The position numbers and the translations under genes were made by a program. The notes under the pieces were generated by a model. It was not told where the DNA came from. It did no database searches and was given only the letters and a program-made list of their open reading frames with translations. DNA of 64,000 nt. It comes from Candidatus Moranbacteria bacterium GW2011_GWC2_40_12 (GTDB lineage: Bacteria; Patescibacteriota; Minisyncoccia; Moranbacterales; UBA11712). Shown here piece after piece: positions 56,052 through 62,966 of this stretch. How positions within the stretch are numbered: position 1 is the first letter of the stretch; each line of letters begins with the position of its first letter. The DNA lies in contig LBYD01000001.1 of the NCBI GenBank assembly GCA_000995965.1, positions 76,923-140,922 of the forward strand, in the 5' to 3' direction.

Positions 56052-56303
56052 TTAAACCATTCTTTTTTTCGTGAATTCTTCAATTTTCGCGTCGGGCTGG
56101 ATACCAACTGTTTTTTTTCTCTCAATAATGAATATATATATTATTTCAAGGATTCCGAGGGTGTTTAGGAGCAAAAGTGCTATAAACCAAATCATTTCGC
56201 CTTGTCTGGCCGATTTCCACAGTGCAATTCCTTTCCAGACAAGGGTCCAGATGATGAGCGGAATCAGAATCAAATAATTGTTGAGCAGCGATGTTAGATC
56301 CAC
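56052..56303 (-). CDS. Small two-helix membrane protein (DUF5652-like), GTG start
   Basis: LVWKGIALWKSARQGEMIWFIALLLLNTLGILEIIYI is a pattern I recall from small CPR membrane proteins. No Shine-Dalgarno sequence was seen. Confidence 0.6.
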   Translation of the reverse strand: MDLTSLLNNYLILIPLIIWTLVWKGIALWKSARQGEMIWFIALLLLNTLGILEIIYIFIIERKKTVGIQPDAKIEEFTKKRMV

Positions 56304-56367
56304 AGAAAAAAATTAAACACGAGGGTTATATCTATTGCACCCCATTAGAGTACTTTTTGGATTCACT

Positions 56368-56625
56368 TTAGGCTTCTTTGACTTTAAAAACAGTGGCTCC
56401 TTCTTTTGTCGGACTTGGCACCTTGATCGCAATCTCTTCGCCCTTTTTTCCTTTGCTGACGGGCTCATGGTTGAGCTGGATCGAATCAGCTTTGAGCTCA
56501 AATTCATTGTCTCCTTTCACGAATTTGAGCGGATCCCCCGCCTTGACGACTTTCGACAGTTTCACGACAGCTACCATCGCCTTGTCAAAATAATGAACCA
56601 CTTTTCCGATTTCTTGATCGGCCAT
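56368..56625 (-). CDS. Small beta-rich hypothetical protein (85 aa)
   Basis: MADQEIGKVVHYFDKAMVAVVKLSKVVKAGDPLKFVKGD… looks like a beta-barrel. Family not confidently recognised. Confidence 0.5.
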   Translation of the reverse strand: MADQEIGKVVHYFDKAMVAVVKLSKVVKAGDPLKFVKGDNEFELKADSIQLNHEPVSKGKKGEEIAIKVPSPTKEGATVFKVKEA

Positions 56626-56681
56626 ATTTTTGTGGTTAACGTATTCCTAATACTAGCAAACTTTCATTTTTTTTTCAACCC

Positions 56682-56710
56682 TTGAAAAATTGGGCGAATT
56701 TCAGTAGAAT
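56682..56710 (+). promoter_or_regulatory. Promoter TTGAAA-17-TAGAAT, 16 nt upstream of the truncated tRNA-Gln copy
   Basis: TTGAAA at 56682-56687, 17-nt spacer, TAGAAT at 56705-56710. Confidence 0.6.
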
Positions 56711-56726
56711 ATGAAGGTTGATATAT

Positions 56727-56781
56727 TCCGGGATCGTCTAATGGTAGGACGCCTGACTCTGGATCAGGTAATTGGGGTTCG
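56727..56781 (+). pseudogene. Truncated tRNA-Gln(CUG) copy: acceptor 5' strand, D arm, anticodon arm and the start of the T arm only
   Basis: Identical to the intact gene for 46 nt. It diverges in the T stem (TGGGG vs CTTGG), and GGTTCG is retained. No complementary 3' acceptor strand follows. Confidence 0.75.
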
Positions 56782-56820
56782 CCCGATCATCCGATCGGGC
56801 GGCCGGTCGTATGACCGGCC
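56781..56820 (+). other. Two abutting perfect 8-bp GC-rich hairpins with tetraloops
   Basis: GCCCGATC atcc GATCGGGC (56781-56800) and GGCCGGTC gtat GACCGGCC (56801-56820). They are inserted between TTC and GAATCC of a T-loop-like sequence. Confidence 0.85.
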
Positions 56821-56837
56821 GAATCCCTCAAACATGA

Positions 56838-57098
56838 ATGCATTACATTTATATTCTTTCACTAGGAAATAATAGCTTGTATAAAGGCAGGACTGATAAT
56901 ATTAAAAGGAGAGTATCAGAGCATCAGGCCGGGAAAGTGGAAGCAACCAAATATAAACTTCCAGCCAGATTAATTCACTTTGAATGCTACGTTGTAAAGA
57001 GTGATTGTATACGGCGGGAGAAATATTTAAAAACTACTGAAGGCAGAAGATTTTTAAAACAACAGTTGAGAGATTTATTTAAAAAAATTGTTGGTTAA
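56838..57098 (+). CDS. Small GIY-YIG nuclease-domain protein (86 aa)
   Basis: MHYIYIL…NSLYKGRTDNIKRRVSEH…IRREKYLK matches the GIY / YxG / R / E catalytic pattern. Its stop lies 5 nt before the intact tRNA-Gln. Confidence 0.8.
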   Translation: MHYIYILSLGNNSLYKGRTDNIKRRVSEHQAGKVEATKYKLPARLIHFECYVVKSDCIRREKYLKTTEGRRFLKQQLRDLFKKIVG

Positions 57099-57103
57099 CA
57101 TAT

Positions 57104-57177
57104 TCCGGGATCGTCTAATGGTAGGACGCCTGACTCTGGATCAGGTAATCTTGGTTCGAATCCAAGTCCCGGAGCCA
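57104..57177 (+). tRNA. tRNA-Gln (anticodon CUG), CCA encoded
   Basis: Hand fold: acceptor TCCGGGA/TCCCGGA, D arm GTCT/GGAC, anticodon arm CCTGA-CTCTGGA-TCAGG, T arm CTTGG-TTCGAAT-CCAAG, discriminator G, CCA. Confidence 0.9.
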
Positions 57178-57269
57178 CATTGTATGTTCAGCGTTTTCCA
57201 CTATGCCATTAAAGAGTGTTTAACCTCAAATAAAAGGTTATTGACTTGTAAAGAAAAATTCTGAAGTAA

Positions 57270-57294
57270 GAAACCCATCAGTTGGGTTTTTTTG
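57270..57294 (+). terminator. Rho-independent terminator after tRNA-Gln
   Basis: AACCCA tcagt TGGGTT followed by TTTTT. Confidence 0.65.
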
Positions 57295-57354
57295 GTTCGA
57301 AAATTTGGAATAAGTCCCAAGACTGTAGAACAATATTCTGGTATACTCATATAT

Positions 57355-58170
57355 ATGAAAAAAAACATTCTCATTGTCCTTGTTTTGGTTATTTTCATTG
57401 CTTTTGCATGGTGGCACTTCACTGCCACTGAAGACGAAAGAACTGGCTCGCAAAAAAACAATCAGCCAACGCTTTCCGACTATTCAACCGCGCCTGCCGA
57501 CAATGTCACTGCACCTGCAAAAAAAGTCAGGTGGAACTTTGATGGCGAAGAGTATGCTCCTTCCGGGACGCCCCGGGCATGCCCTGATCCGCTTGAGATC
57601 GAATCGCCCGTTGATGTTTCAAAAGCGTCTTCGATCCTGTATCCGGGCCAATACCGCGGTGATGATTTTAAGGCGCACGGCGGATTTAGGTTTGATGGGT
57701 ATCGGAGCGACGCCATAACCGTCACAGTGCCTCTGGATGCCCGGCTGCAAGACGCGAGCCGGTATATTGAGGATGGGCAGGTTCAATATTTATTTGATTT
57801 TATCCATGACTGCGGCATCATGTACCGATTTGATCATCTGGCAACCCTAACTCCGCGATTTGAGGCGTATGCCCGGCAATTGCCTGAAGCGAAAGTGAAT
57901 GATTCACGAACGACCCTGTTTCCCGATGATGTGTACGTCACGACGGGCGATGTCATCGCAACCAGCGTCAATCGGGAGGGTAATGTATTTGTCGATTTCG
58001 GCGTGTATGATCTGCGCCAAAAAAATGGCATAACCATTGATGAAAAAAATTCGTTGGCGAGACATGGCATCTGTTGGTTTGACCTGCTGCCCGCTTCAGA
58101 CGCGCAGAGAGTAAAATCATTACCTGCCAGCGATGAACGGTCAGGCGCGAAGAGTGAGTATTGCAGGTAA
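57355..58170 (+). CDS. Secreted/membrane-anchored hypothetical protein, G+C-richer than the genome background
   Basis: MKKNILIVLVLVIFIAFAWW anchor. The segment TTGDVIATSVNREGNVFVDFGVYD weakly recalls the LytM/M23 fold, but no HxH motif is present. Confidence 0.62.
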   Translation: MKKNILIVLVLVIFIAFAWWHFTATEDERTGSQKNNQPTLSDYSTAPADNVTAPAKKVRWNFDGEEYAPSGTPRACPDPLEIESPVDVSKASSILYPGQYRGDDFKAHGGFRFDGYRSDAITVTVPLDARLQDASRYIEDGQVQYLFDFIHDCGIMYRFDHLATLTPRFEAYARQLPEAKVNDSRTTLFPDDVYVTTGDVIATSVNREGNVFVDFGVYDLRQKNGITIDEKNSLARHGICWFDLLPASDAQRVKSLPASDERSGAKSEYCR

Positions 58171-58190
58171 ACCACCGTAACATTCGATTT

Positions 58191-59027
58191 ATGAAAAAAA
58201 CAAAACAACCAAAAATCGGTCTGGCTTTGGGTAGCGGAGCGGCGAGGGGTCTCGCCCACATTGGCGTGATAAAAGTCTTGGAAGAGAATAACATTCCAAT
58301 CGACTGCGTTGCCGGCTCCAGTATCGGCGCCGTGATTGGCGGCCTTTGGGCGTCAGGGCTGGGCATAGCAGAAATTGAAAAAATTGTTTTGGATATGACC
58401 AATCGGGATGTGTTCTCTTTGGTCGATCCTCGCATGGGGAAAGGATTTATAAAGGGAGAAAGGATAAAATCTTTCATTGAAAGCAACTTGGTGGCCAAAA
58501 ACTTCGAGGATTGCCGGGTGCCGTTTGCGGCCACCGCGACTGACATAAAAACAGGCGAAATCGTGGTTCTTCGCAGCGGGAATATAGCCGATGCCATTCG
58601 AGCCAGCATTTCCATGCCATTGGTTTTTCAACCGGTGGAAAAGGACGGAAAAACATTGGTTGATGGAGGAGTGGGAGCGCCGGTTCCGGTTGAAATTGTG
58701 CGAAAAATGGGCGCGGATATTGTTATTGCCGTCAATTTAGACAAACACTATGTGGATGATAATTGGCGATCCGGCCTGTTGGACATCGCCCATGATTCGA
58801 TGAATATCATGCGCCATTATTTATCCTTTTATCAATCAAAAGAAGCGGATATCGTCATAAATTTAGATTTGGGATCCAACAAATGGTATGATTTTGTGAA
58901 CGGACAAAATAAAATTCTGGCCGGTGAAAAAATGATGAAAAAAGAAATACCTTCTCTCAAAGAACTTATTCGCTCGAAAAGGAAAAGCAATCTCGGAAAA
59001 TTGTTTGATTTTTTTAAGAATGTTTAA
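58191..59027 (+). CDS. Patatin-like phospholipase (RssA-like)
   Basis: GLALGSGAARGLAHIGV (oxyanion Gly-rich loop), AGSSIGA (GxSxG) and LVDGGV (catalytic Asp). Confidence 0.85.
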   Translation: MKKTKQPKIGLALGSGAARGLAHIGVIKVLEENNIPIDCVAGSSIGAVIGGLWASGLGIAEIEKIVLDMTNRDVFSLVDPRMGKGFIKGERIKSFIESNLVAKNFEDCRVPFAATATDIKTGEIVVLRSGNIADAIRASISMPLVFQPVEKDGKTLVDGGVGAPVPVEIVRKMGADIVIAVNLDKHYVDDNWRSGLLDIAHDSMNIMRHYLSFYQSKEADIVINLDLGSNKWYDFVNGQNKILAGEKMMKKEIPSLKELIRSKRKSNLGKLFDFFKNV

Positions 59028-59198
59028 ATTTAAACAATTTTCCGTAAGGATACTTTTTGGAAATTGATTAAAAATTCAGACGGCGCGCCAGCTCCGCTGG
59101 CACGAAATTCGGCGACGGCGGAAAAGCGAAAGCAGGCAAAAATTCCTTCCCCCAACCCCTTTTCTTTTTGCCCGCCCGAGCGTAAAAGTTTTTCAAAA

Positions 59199-59251
59199 TT
59201 CAGCGTTCGGATTTTCGCTAAAAAAAGTTCGGATTTCGTTCAGCGTTCGGA
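59199..59251 (+). repeat. Direct repeats TTCAGCGTTCGG (59199 and 59239), interleaved with GTTCGGATTT(T)CG copies
   Basis: Read directly in the spacer upstream of the Nudix gene. The 10-mer GTTCAGCGTT also occurs at 57186-57195. Confidence 0.8.
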
Positions 59252-59260
59252 GCCAAATTT

Positions 59261-59818
59261 ATGAAATATAAATTCTGCCCAAAATGTGGAGGAAGATTGA
59301 AAATAAAGAAAGCTGCTTTTCCAAGGTTTTGGTGTTTGGATTGCGAATTTGTTTTCTACCAAAATTCGAAACCAACAGCAAGCGCCTTAATAATCGATGG
59401 AGATAAAGTGTTGCTTGGAAAAAGAAGGATCAATCCTTCAAAGGGAAAATGGGATATTATCGGCGGATTTTTGGAAGATGGAGAACATCCCGAAGCTGGA
59501 ATGAAAAGAGAAGTCCTGGAGGAAAGCGGTCTCAGAGTCCGTGTTATCGACAGACTTGATTTTATAATGGATACCTACGGAGCAGAAAAAGAATCAACTC
59601 TTAATATTACATACATTGTGAAAATTAGGAGCGGCAAAATGAAACCGGGCGACGATATTTCAGAACTGCGATGGTTCAGTATTGGAAAATATCCTAAAAA
59701 TATTGCATTCAAAAATGGGAAGCAAATGCTTCGGGATTTGAAAAGGTGGTATTCGAAAAGAAATATATATGTTCGAAGTTTTCCTCACAGCCCCAGAATA
59801 AAAAAATTACGTAACTAG
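59261..59818 (+). CDS. Nudix hydrolase with an N-terminal C4 zinc ribbon
   Basis: CPKCGG…CLDCEF, and the Nudix box GGFLEDGEHPEAGMKREVLEESGL. Confidence 0.85.
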   Translation: MKYKFCPKCGGRLKIKKAAFPRFWCLDCEFVFYQNSKPTASALIIDGDKVLLGKRRINPSKGKWDIIGGFLEDGEHPEAGMKREVLEESGLRVRVIDRLDFIMDTYGAEKESTLNITYIVKIRSGKMKPGDDISELRWFSIGKYPKNIAFKNGKQMLRDLKRWYSKRNIYVRSFPHSPRIKKLRN

Positions 59819-59828
59819 TTACGTAATT
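59805..59828. repeat. Perfect 24-bp palindrome AATTACGTAACTAGTTACGTAATT between converging genes
   Basis: Read directly. The Nudix TAG stop (59816-59818) lies at the dyad centre. Confidence 0.9.
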
Positions 59829-59853
59829 GGTGCTGCACGGCAAGATAATTTAT

Positions 59854-60765
59854 TTACACCTTCAAATATCTCCTGATCGCGAGGATACTGCTGATGATAC
59901 CCAAAAAAACACCCACAAAAAGCTGGGCAATGAAGATCAAAACGAAATATCTGATGAAATCAGCCTGAATGATCTGAACATACGCCGAACCGACGACGTA
60001 GGGAGTGACAACTTTCATGATCGGATAAAGAAGAATAATCGAAATAACAGCCGCGAAAATTCCATAAATTACGCCCTCGAAAACAAAGGGCAGGCGAATG
60101 AAATTGTTTGAAGCCCCGACGAGCCGCATTATTTCAATTTCCGTTCCGTGGTTGAAAATTGTCATCCGGATGACGTTGAAAGTGATGAGAATCGCGATAA
60201 GGGAAAATAAAACGAAAAGAAACGCCCCGGTCTTTCGGATCGTTTTGATGGTCGTATTGAAGCGGTCAATAACAAGCTTATATTGCTGGTAGTTGATGCT
60301 GGCTATATTGTCCCGATAGCTTGAATTCTCAACCGATTTGGCAATAATATCATATTGCTCCGGGTTTGCGGCTTTGATGTTCACGGAGGCAAGAAGCGGA
60401 TTTTCTTCGACGGCCTCGACAGCTTTCAGGATGTCGGGTTTTCCGGCATTGGCAGCCTTGAAATCATCGAGGGCTTTGTTCTTCGAAATATATTCGGCGG
60501 CCTTGACTTCCTTGTATTTTTGAATTTCGGAACGAAAAGCCATTATGTCCTGCTCCTCAACATTGCCTTTGAAATAAACTCGAATATCAATCTTATCCTG
60601 GACATACTTGAGTCCCATATTAGCACTGATAGAAATAACCAGGATAACGCTGATGATGAGAAGCGCCAGCGTCAGAATACTGACCGCCGCCACAGTCAAA
60701 GACCCATTTCGAAAGAAATTTTGAAAACCGGACTTGAAAGTTCTGGTGAGAGTCAAAATTATCAT
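59854..60765 (-). CDS. ftsX: Cell division permease FtsX
   Basis: Four TM helices with a large first extracytoplasmic loop. It overlaps ftsE by 4 nt, and the family pattern …RLVGASNNFIRLPF… is present. Confidence 0.85.
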   Translation of the reverse strand: MIILTLTRTFKSGFQNFFRNGSLTVAAVSILTLALLIISVILVISISANMGLKYVQDKIDIRVYFKGNVEEQDIMAFRSEIQKYKEVKAAEYISKNKALDDFKAANAGKPDILKAVEAVEENPLLASVNIKAANPEQYDIIAKSVENSSYRDNIASINYQQYKLVIDRFNTTIKTIRKTGAFLFVLFSLIAILITFNVIRMTIFNHGTEIEIMRLVGASNNFIRLPFVFEGVIYGIFAAVISIILLYPIMKVVTPYVVGSAYVQIIQADFIRYFVLIFIAQLFVGVFLGIISSILAIRRYLKV

Positions 60766-61457
60766 ATGGCGTAGCGTCCTTTGCTATGATCCCTGATTAT
60801 TCTTCCTTGATCAAGGGTAATGACGCGTCTTTTGATATTATTGACGACTTCCTTGTCATGAGTGGCTAGAACCACTGTTGTTCCCAGTTTATTAATTTTC
60901 ATAAGCAGCTGGATAATTCCCCAAGCGCTGATCGGGTCAAGATTTCCAGTCGGCTCATCGGCGATAATGAGGGCCGGACGGTGAACAAGCGCCCGGGCGA
61001 TCGCCACCCGTTGCTTCTCACCGCCGGAAATTTCATGGGGATAGTTTTCCGCCTTGTTTGATAATCCCACAATTTCAAGAATTTGGGGAACGCTTTTCCG
61101 GATTTCGCTGTTTGGATAACCCGAAACTTCGAGTGCAAAAGCAACATTTTCAAAGACTGTCTTTTTTTGGAGGAGCTTATAATCCTGAAATACCGTTCCG
61201 ATACGGCGGCGATGGAGAGGCATCCCTTTCGGTTTTATGTGTGTTATGTCCTCCCCGTTGAACAATACTTCTCCCGACGAAGGTTTTTCTTCGGCATATA
61301 TCATTTTCAATATTGTTGACTTTCCCGCTCCGCTGTGGCCGACAAAAGAAACAAACTCTTTCTCATCAATGGAAAAACTGACATCATCAAGAGCGCAAGT
61401 GTTCATTATGCCGCCTGTGTATATTTTTTTTACGCTTTTAAATTCAATCATTGACAT
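60762..61457 (-). CDS. ftsE: Cell division ATP-binding protein FtsE
   Basis: GHSGAGKST, LSGGEKQRVAIARAL and IIADEPTGNLD. Confidence 0.9.
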   Translation of the reverse strand: MSMIEFKSVKKIYTGGIMNTCALDDVSFSIDEKEFVSFVGHSGAGKSTILKMIYAEEKPSSGEVLFNGEDITHIKPKGMPLHRRRIGTVFQDYKLLQKKTVFENVAFALEVSGYPNSEIRKSVPQILEIVGLSNKAENYPHEISGGEKQRVAIARALVHRPALIIADEPTGNLDPISAWGIIQLLMKINKLGTTVVLATHDKEVVNNIKRRVITLDQGRIIRDHSKGRYAI

Positions 61458-62533
61458 TTTTCAGGTATGCTTCAATGAAATCTTCAATTTTCCCCTCAAG
61501 CACCTCGTTTGGATTTTTTGATTCGAATTTTGTGCGGTGGTCTTTGACGAGCTTGTAGGGATGCAGAATATAGGAACGAATCTGACTTCCCCACTGGACT
61601 TCGGCGTGTTTTCCTTTCAGTTTTTTTTCTTTGTCTTCTTGCTCTTTGAGATTTTTTTGATTCAGCTTGGCCTTGAGTATTTTCATCGCCTGCTCTCTGT
61701 TTTGCAGCTGGCTGCGTTCGCTTTGAGAACTGGAAGAGAGGCCAGTTGGAATATGGGTAATGCGAACCGCGCTTGAAGTTTTGTTCACATGCTGGCCACC
61801 GGCTCCTCCCGCTCTGAATGTGTCGATTCTCAAATCAGCGGGATTGATTTCGACATTTTCTATTTTATCAATTTCGGGCAAAATTTCAACTAGCGCAAAC
61901 GAAGTTTGCCGGAGATTATTGGAATTAAATGGCGACAAACGCACCAATCGGTGCACGCCCGCTTCTGCCTTGAGGTGTCCGTAGGCCGATATGCCGTCAA
62001 TCTCTATTGTCGCGCTTTTTATTCCCGCTTCCTGGCCTCGCGTTGAGGAAACAATCTTTGCTTTCCATTTTTTTCTTTCGGCGTAACGGAGATACATCCG
62101 AAGAAGCATCTCTGCCCAGTCCTGAGCGTCTGTCCCTCCTGTTCCGCTGTGGATAAATAGTATGGCATTGCGGCGATCATATTTGCCTTGAAACAGCTTT
62201 CTAATTTCGATTTTTTCAACTTTATTTTTGATTTCCGGCAGTTTTTTCAATATTTCTTCCTTAAGCTCGTCATCATCGCCGGCGATTTGGGCCATTTCCC
62301 AAAGATTGGTTATTTCCGCTTCCAGTTCATTTGCCTCGCGGGATTCATTTCGCAGAGTTTCGAGTTCCTGCATTATTTTTTTGGCTGTTTCGGCATCCTG
62401 CCAGAAATTTTTCCGCTTTGTTTGTTTTTCAAGCTCTTGAATTCTTTTGTTCTTTTCCAGCAAGTCAAAGACGGTCACCCGCGAGGATGATTTTATTTTT
62501 CAAATCTTCGATTATCGCAATAATTTCTTTCAT
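61444..62533 (-). CDS. prfB: Peptide chain release factor 2, expressed via a programmed +1 frameshift
   Basis: ORF0 MKEIIAIIEDLKNKIILAGDRL (62533-62468) ends at an in-frame TGA inside CTT TGA C. The +1 frame continues DLLEKNKRIQ…. SPF and GGQ motifs are present (RLSPFNS, GGAGGQHVNKT). Confidence 0.9.
62464..62470 (-). promoter_or_regulatory. RF2 autoregulatory +1 frameshift site CTTTGAC
   Basis: The reverse complement of 62464-62470 reads CTT TGA C. A GGGTGA lies a few nt upstream as a weak internal Shine-Dalgarno-like element. Confidence 0.85.
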
Positions 62534-62563
62534 TGAAGTTATTTTAACACAATTGATATTATG

Positions 62564-62591
62564 TTGCCAGATTCACAATAGTTGGTATAAT
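62564..62591 (+). promoter_or_regulatory. Promoter TTGCCA-16-TATAAT for the tRNA-Gly/tRNA-Thr unit
   Basis: TTGCCA at 62564-62569 and TATAAT at 62586-62591, 12 nt before the tRNA-Gly 5' end. Confidence 0.55.
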
Positions 62592-62603
62592 TTGTTTGTG
62601 CGC

Positions 62604-62674
62604 GCGGGTGTAGTATAGTGGTAATACACGACCTTCCCAAGGTTGAGTTGTGGGTTCGATTCCCATCACCCGCT
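62604..62674 (+). tRNA. tRNA-Gly (anticodon CCC), no encoded CCA
   Basis: Hand fold: acceptor GCGGGTG/CACCCGC, D arm GTAT/ATAC, anticodon arm CGACC-TTCCCAA-GGTTG, T arm GTGGG-TTCGATT-CCCAT. Confidence 0.88.
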
Positions 62675-62709
62675 TAATATTTTATACAAGCCGATGTAGC
62701 TCCCGCCGA

Positions 62710-62884
62710 CGCTAAAGCTTTGGCGGGCAAGGCAGTTGGCGGAAAAATAAAATAAGCCGGAATAGCTCAGTGGTAGAGCAGCGCTTTCGTAAAGCGAAGG
62801 TCGCGAGTTCGACTCTCGCTTCCGGCTCAAATGATGTGGGGGGTAAACTCTGGTCCGCGTTTTTTGCCTGCCGAAGCTTTAGCG
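62710..62884 (+). repeat. 21-nt inverted repeat arms (62710-62730 and 62864-62884) bracketing tRNA-Thr
   Basis: CGCTAAAGCTTTGGCGGGCAA versus the reverse complement CGCTAAAGCTTCGGCAGGCAA. Both differences give G-U pairs on the + strand transcript. Confidence 0.8.
62756..62827 (+). tRNA. tRNA-Thr (anticodon CGU), no encoded CCA
   Basis: Hand fold: acceptor GCCGGAA/TTCCGGC, D arm GCTC/GAGC, anticodon loop TTCGTAA, T arm GCGAG-TTCGACT-CTCGC. Confidence 0.88.
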
Positions 62885-62911
62885 GAGGAGGGCGATCCCG
62901 CGCATCGGCTC

Positions 62912-62947
62912 TAAAAAACTCGGTCGCGCAAAAACCGAGTTTTTTTG
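62912..62947. terminator. Bidirectional rho-independent terminator
   Basis: ACTCGGT cgcgcaaaa ACCGAGT, flanked by an A-run and a T-run. It serves the tRNA unit (+) and the PPIase gene (-). Confidence 0.7.
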
Positions 62948-62966
62948 ACTTATTTTCACCAAGTGA

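Larger units (their letters stand above)
56723..57149 (+). mobile_element. GIY-YIG cassette bounded by 50-nt direct repeats derived from the 5' part of tRNA-Gln (repeat unit offset 377 bp)
   Basis: 56723-56772 and 57100-57149 are identical (ATATTCCGGGATCGTCTAATGGTAGGACGCCTGACTCTGGATCAGGTAAT). Between them lie twin hairpins and an 86-aa GIY-YIG ORF. Confidence 0.5.

Noticed and set aside
56727-57177. Group I intron or split-tRNA explanation for the interrupted tRNA-Gln
   Set aside because: The duplicated part includes the whole anticodon arm, so the intact downstream copy needs no splicing. The intervening 330 nt is almost entirely ORF and too small for a group I core. The left copy has no complementary 3' acceptor strand.
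57834-58615. Antisense ORFs of 141 and 215 aa (57834-58259 and 57968-58615, both on the minus strand)
   Set aside because: They lie opposite well-supported genes (the patatin motifs GxSxG/DGG are on the + strand). They are a side effect of the elevated G+C in this islet.
59028-59260. Riboswitch or small RNA upstream of the Nudix gene
   Set aside because: Only a short GCCAGC-tcc-GCTGGC hairpin and degenerate direct repeats are visible, and I could not recognise any known riboswitch architecture. It is kept only as the putative right border of the islet.
59064-59264. 66-aa + strand ORF in the patatin-Nudix spacer
   Set aside because: It has a TTG start, no Shine-Dalgarno sequence and a Pro/Ser/Lys-rich low-complexity product. 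It overlaps the repeat tract and is better read as noncoding.
62478-62478. GTG start proposed by the ORF track for prfB
   Set aside because: It is replaced by ATG 62533 plus a +1 frameshift at CTT TGA C, which restores a normal RF2 N-terminus.
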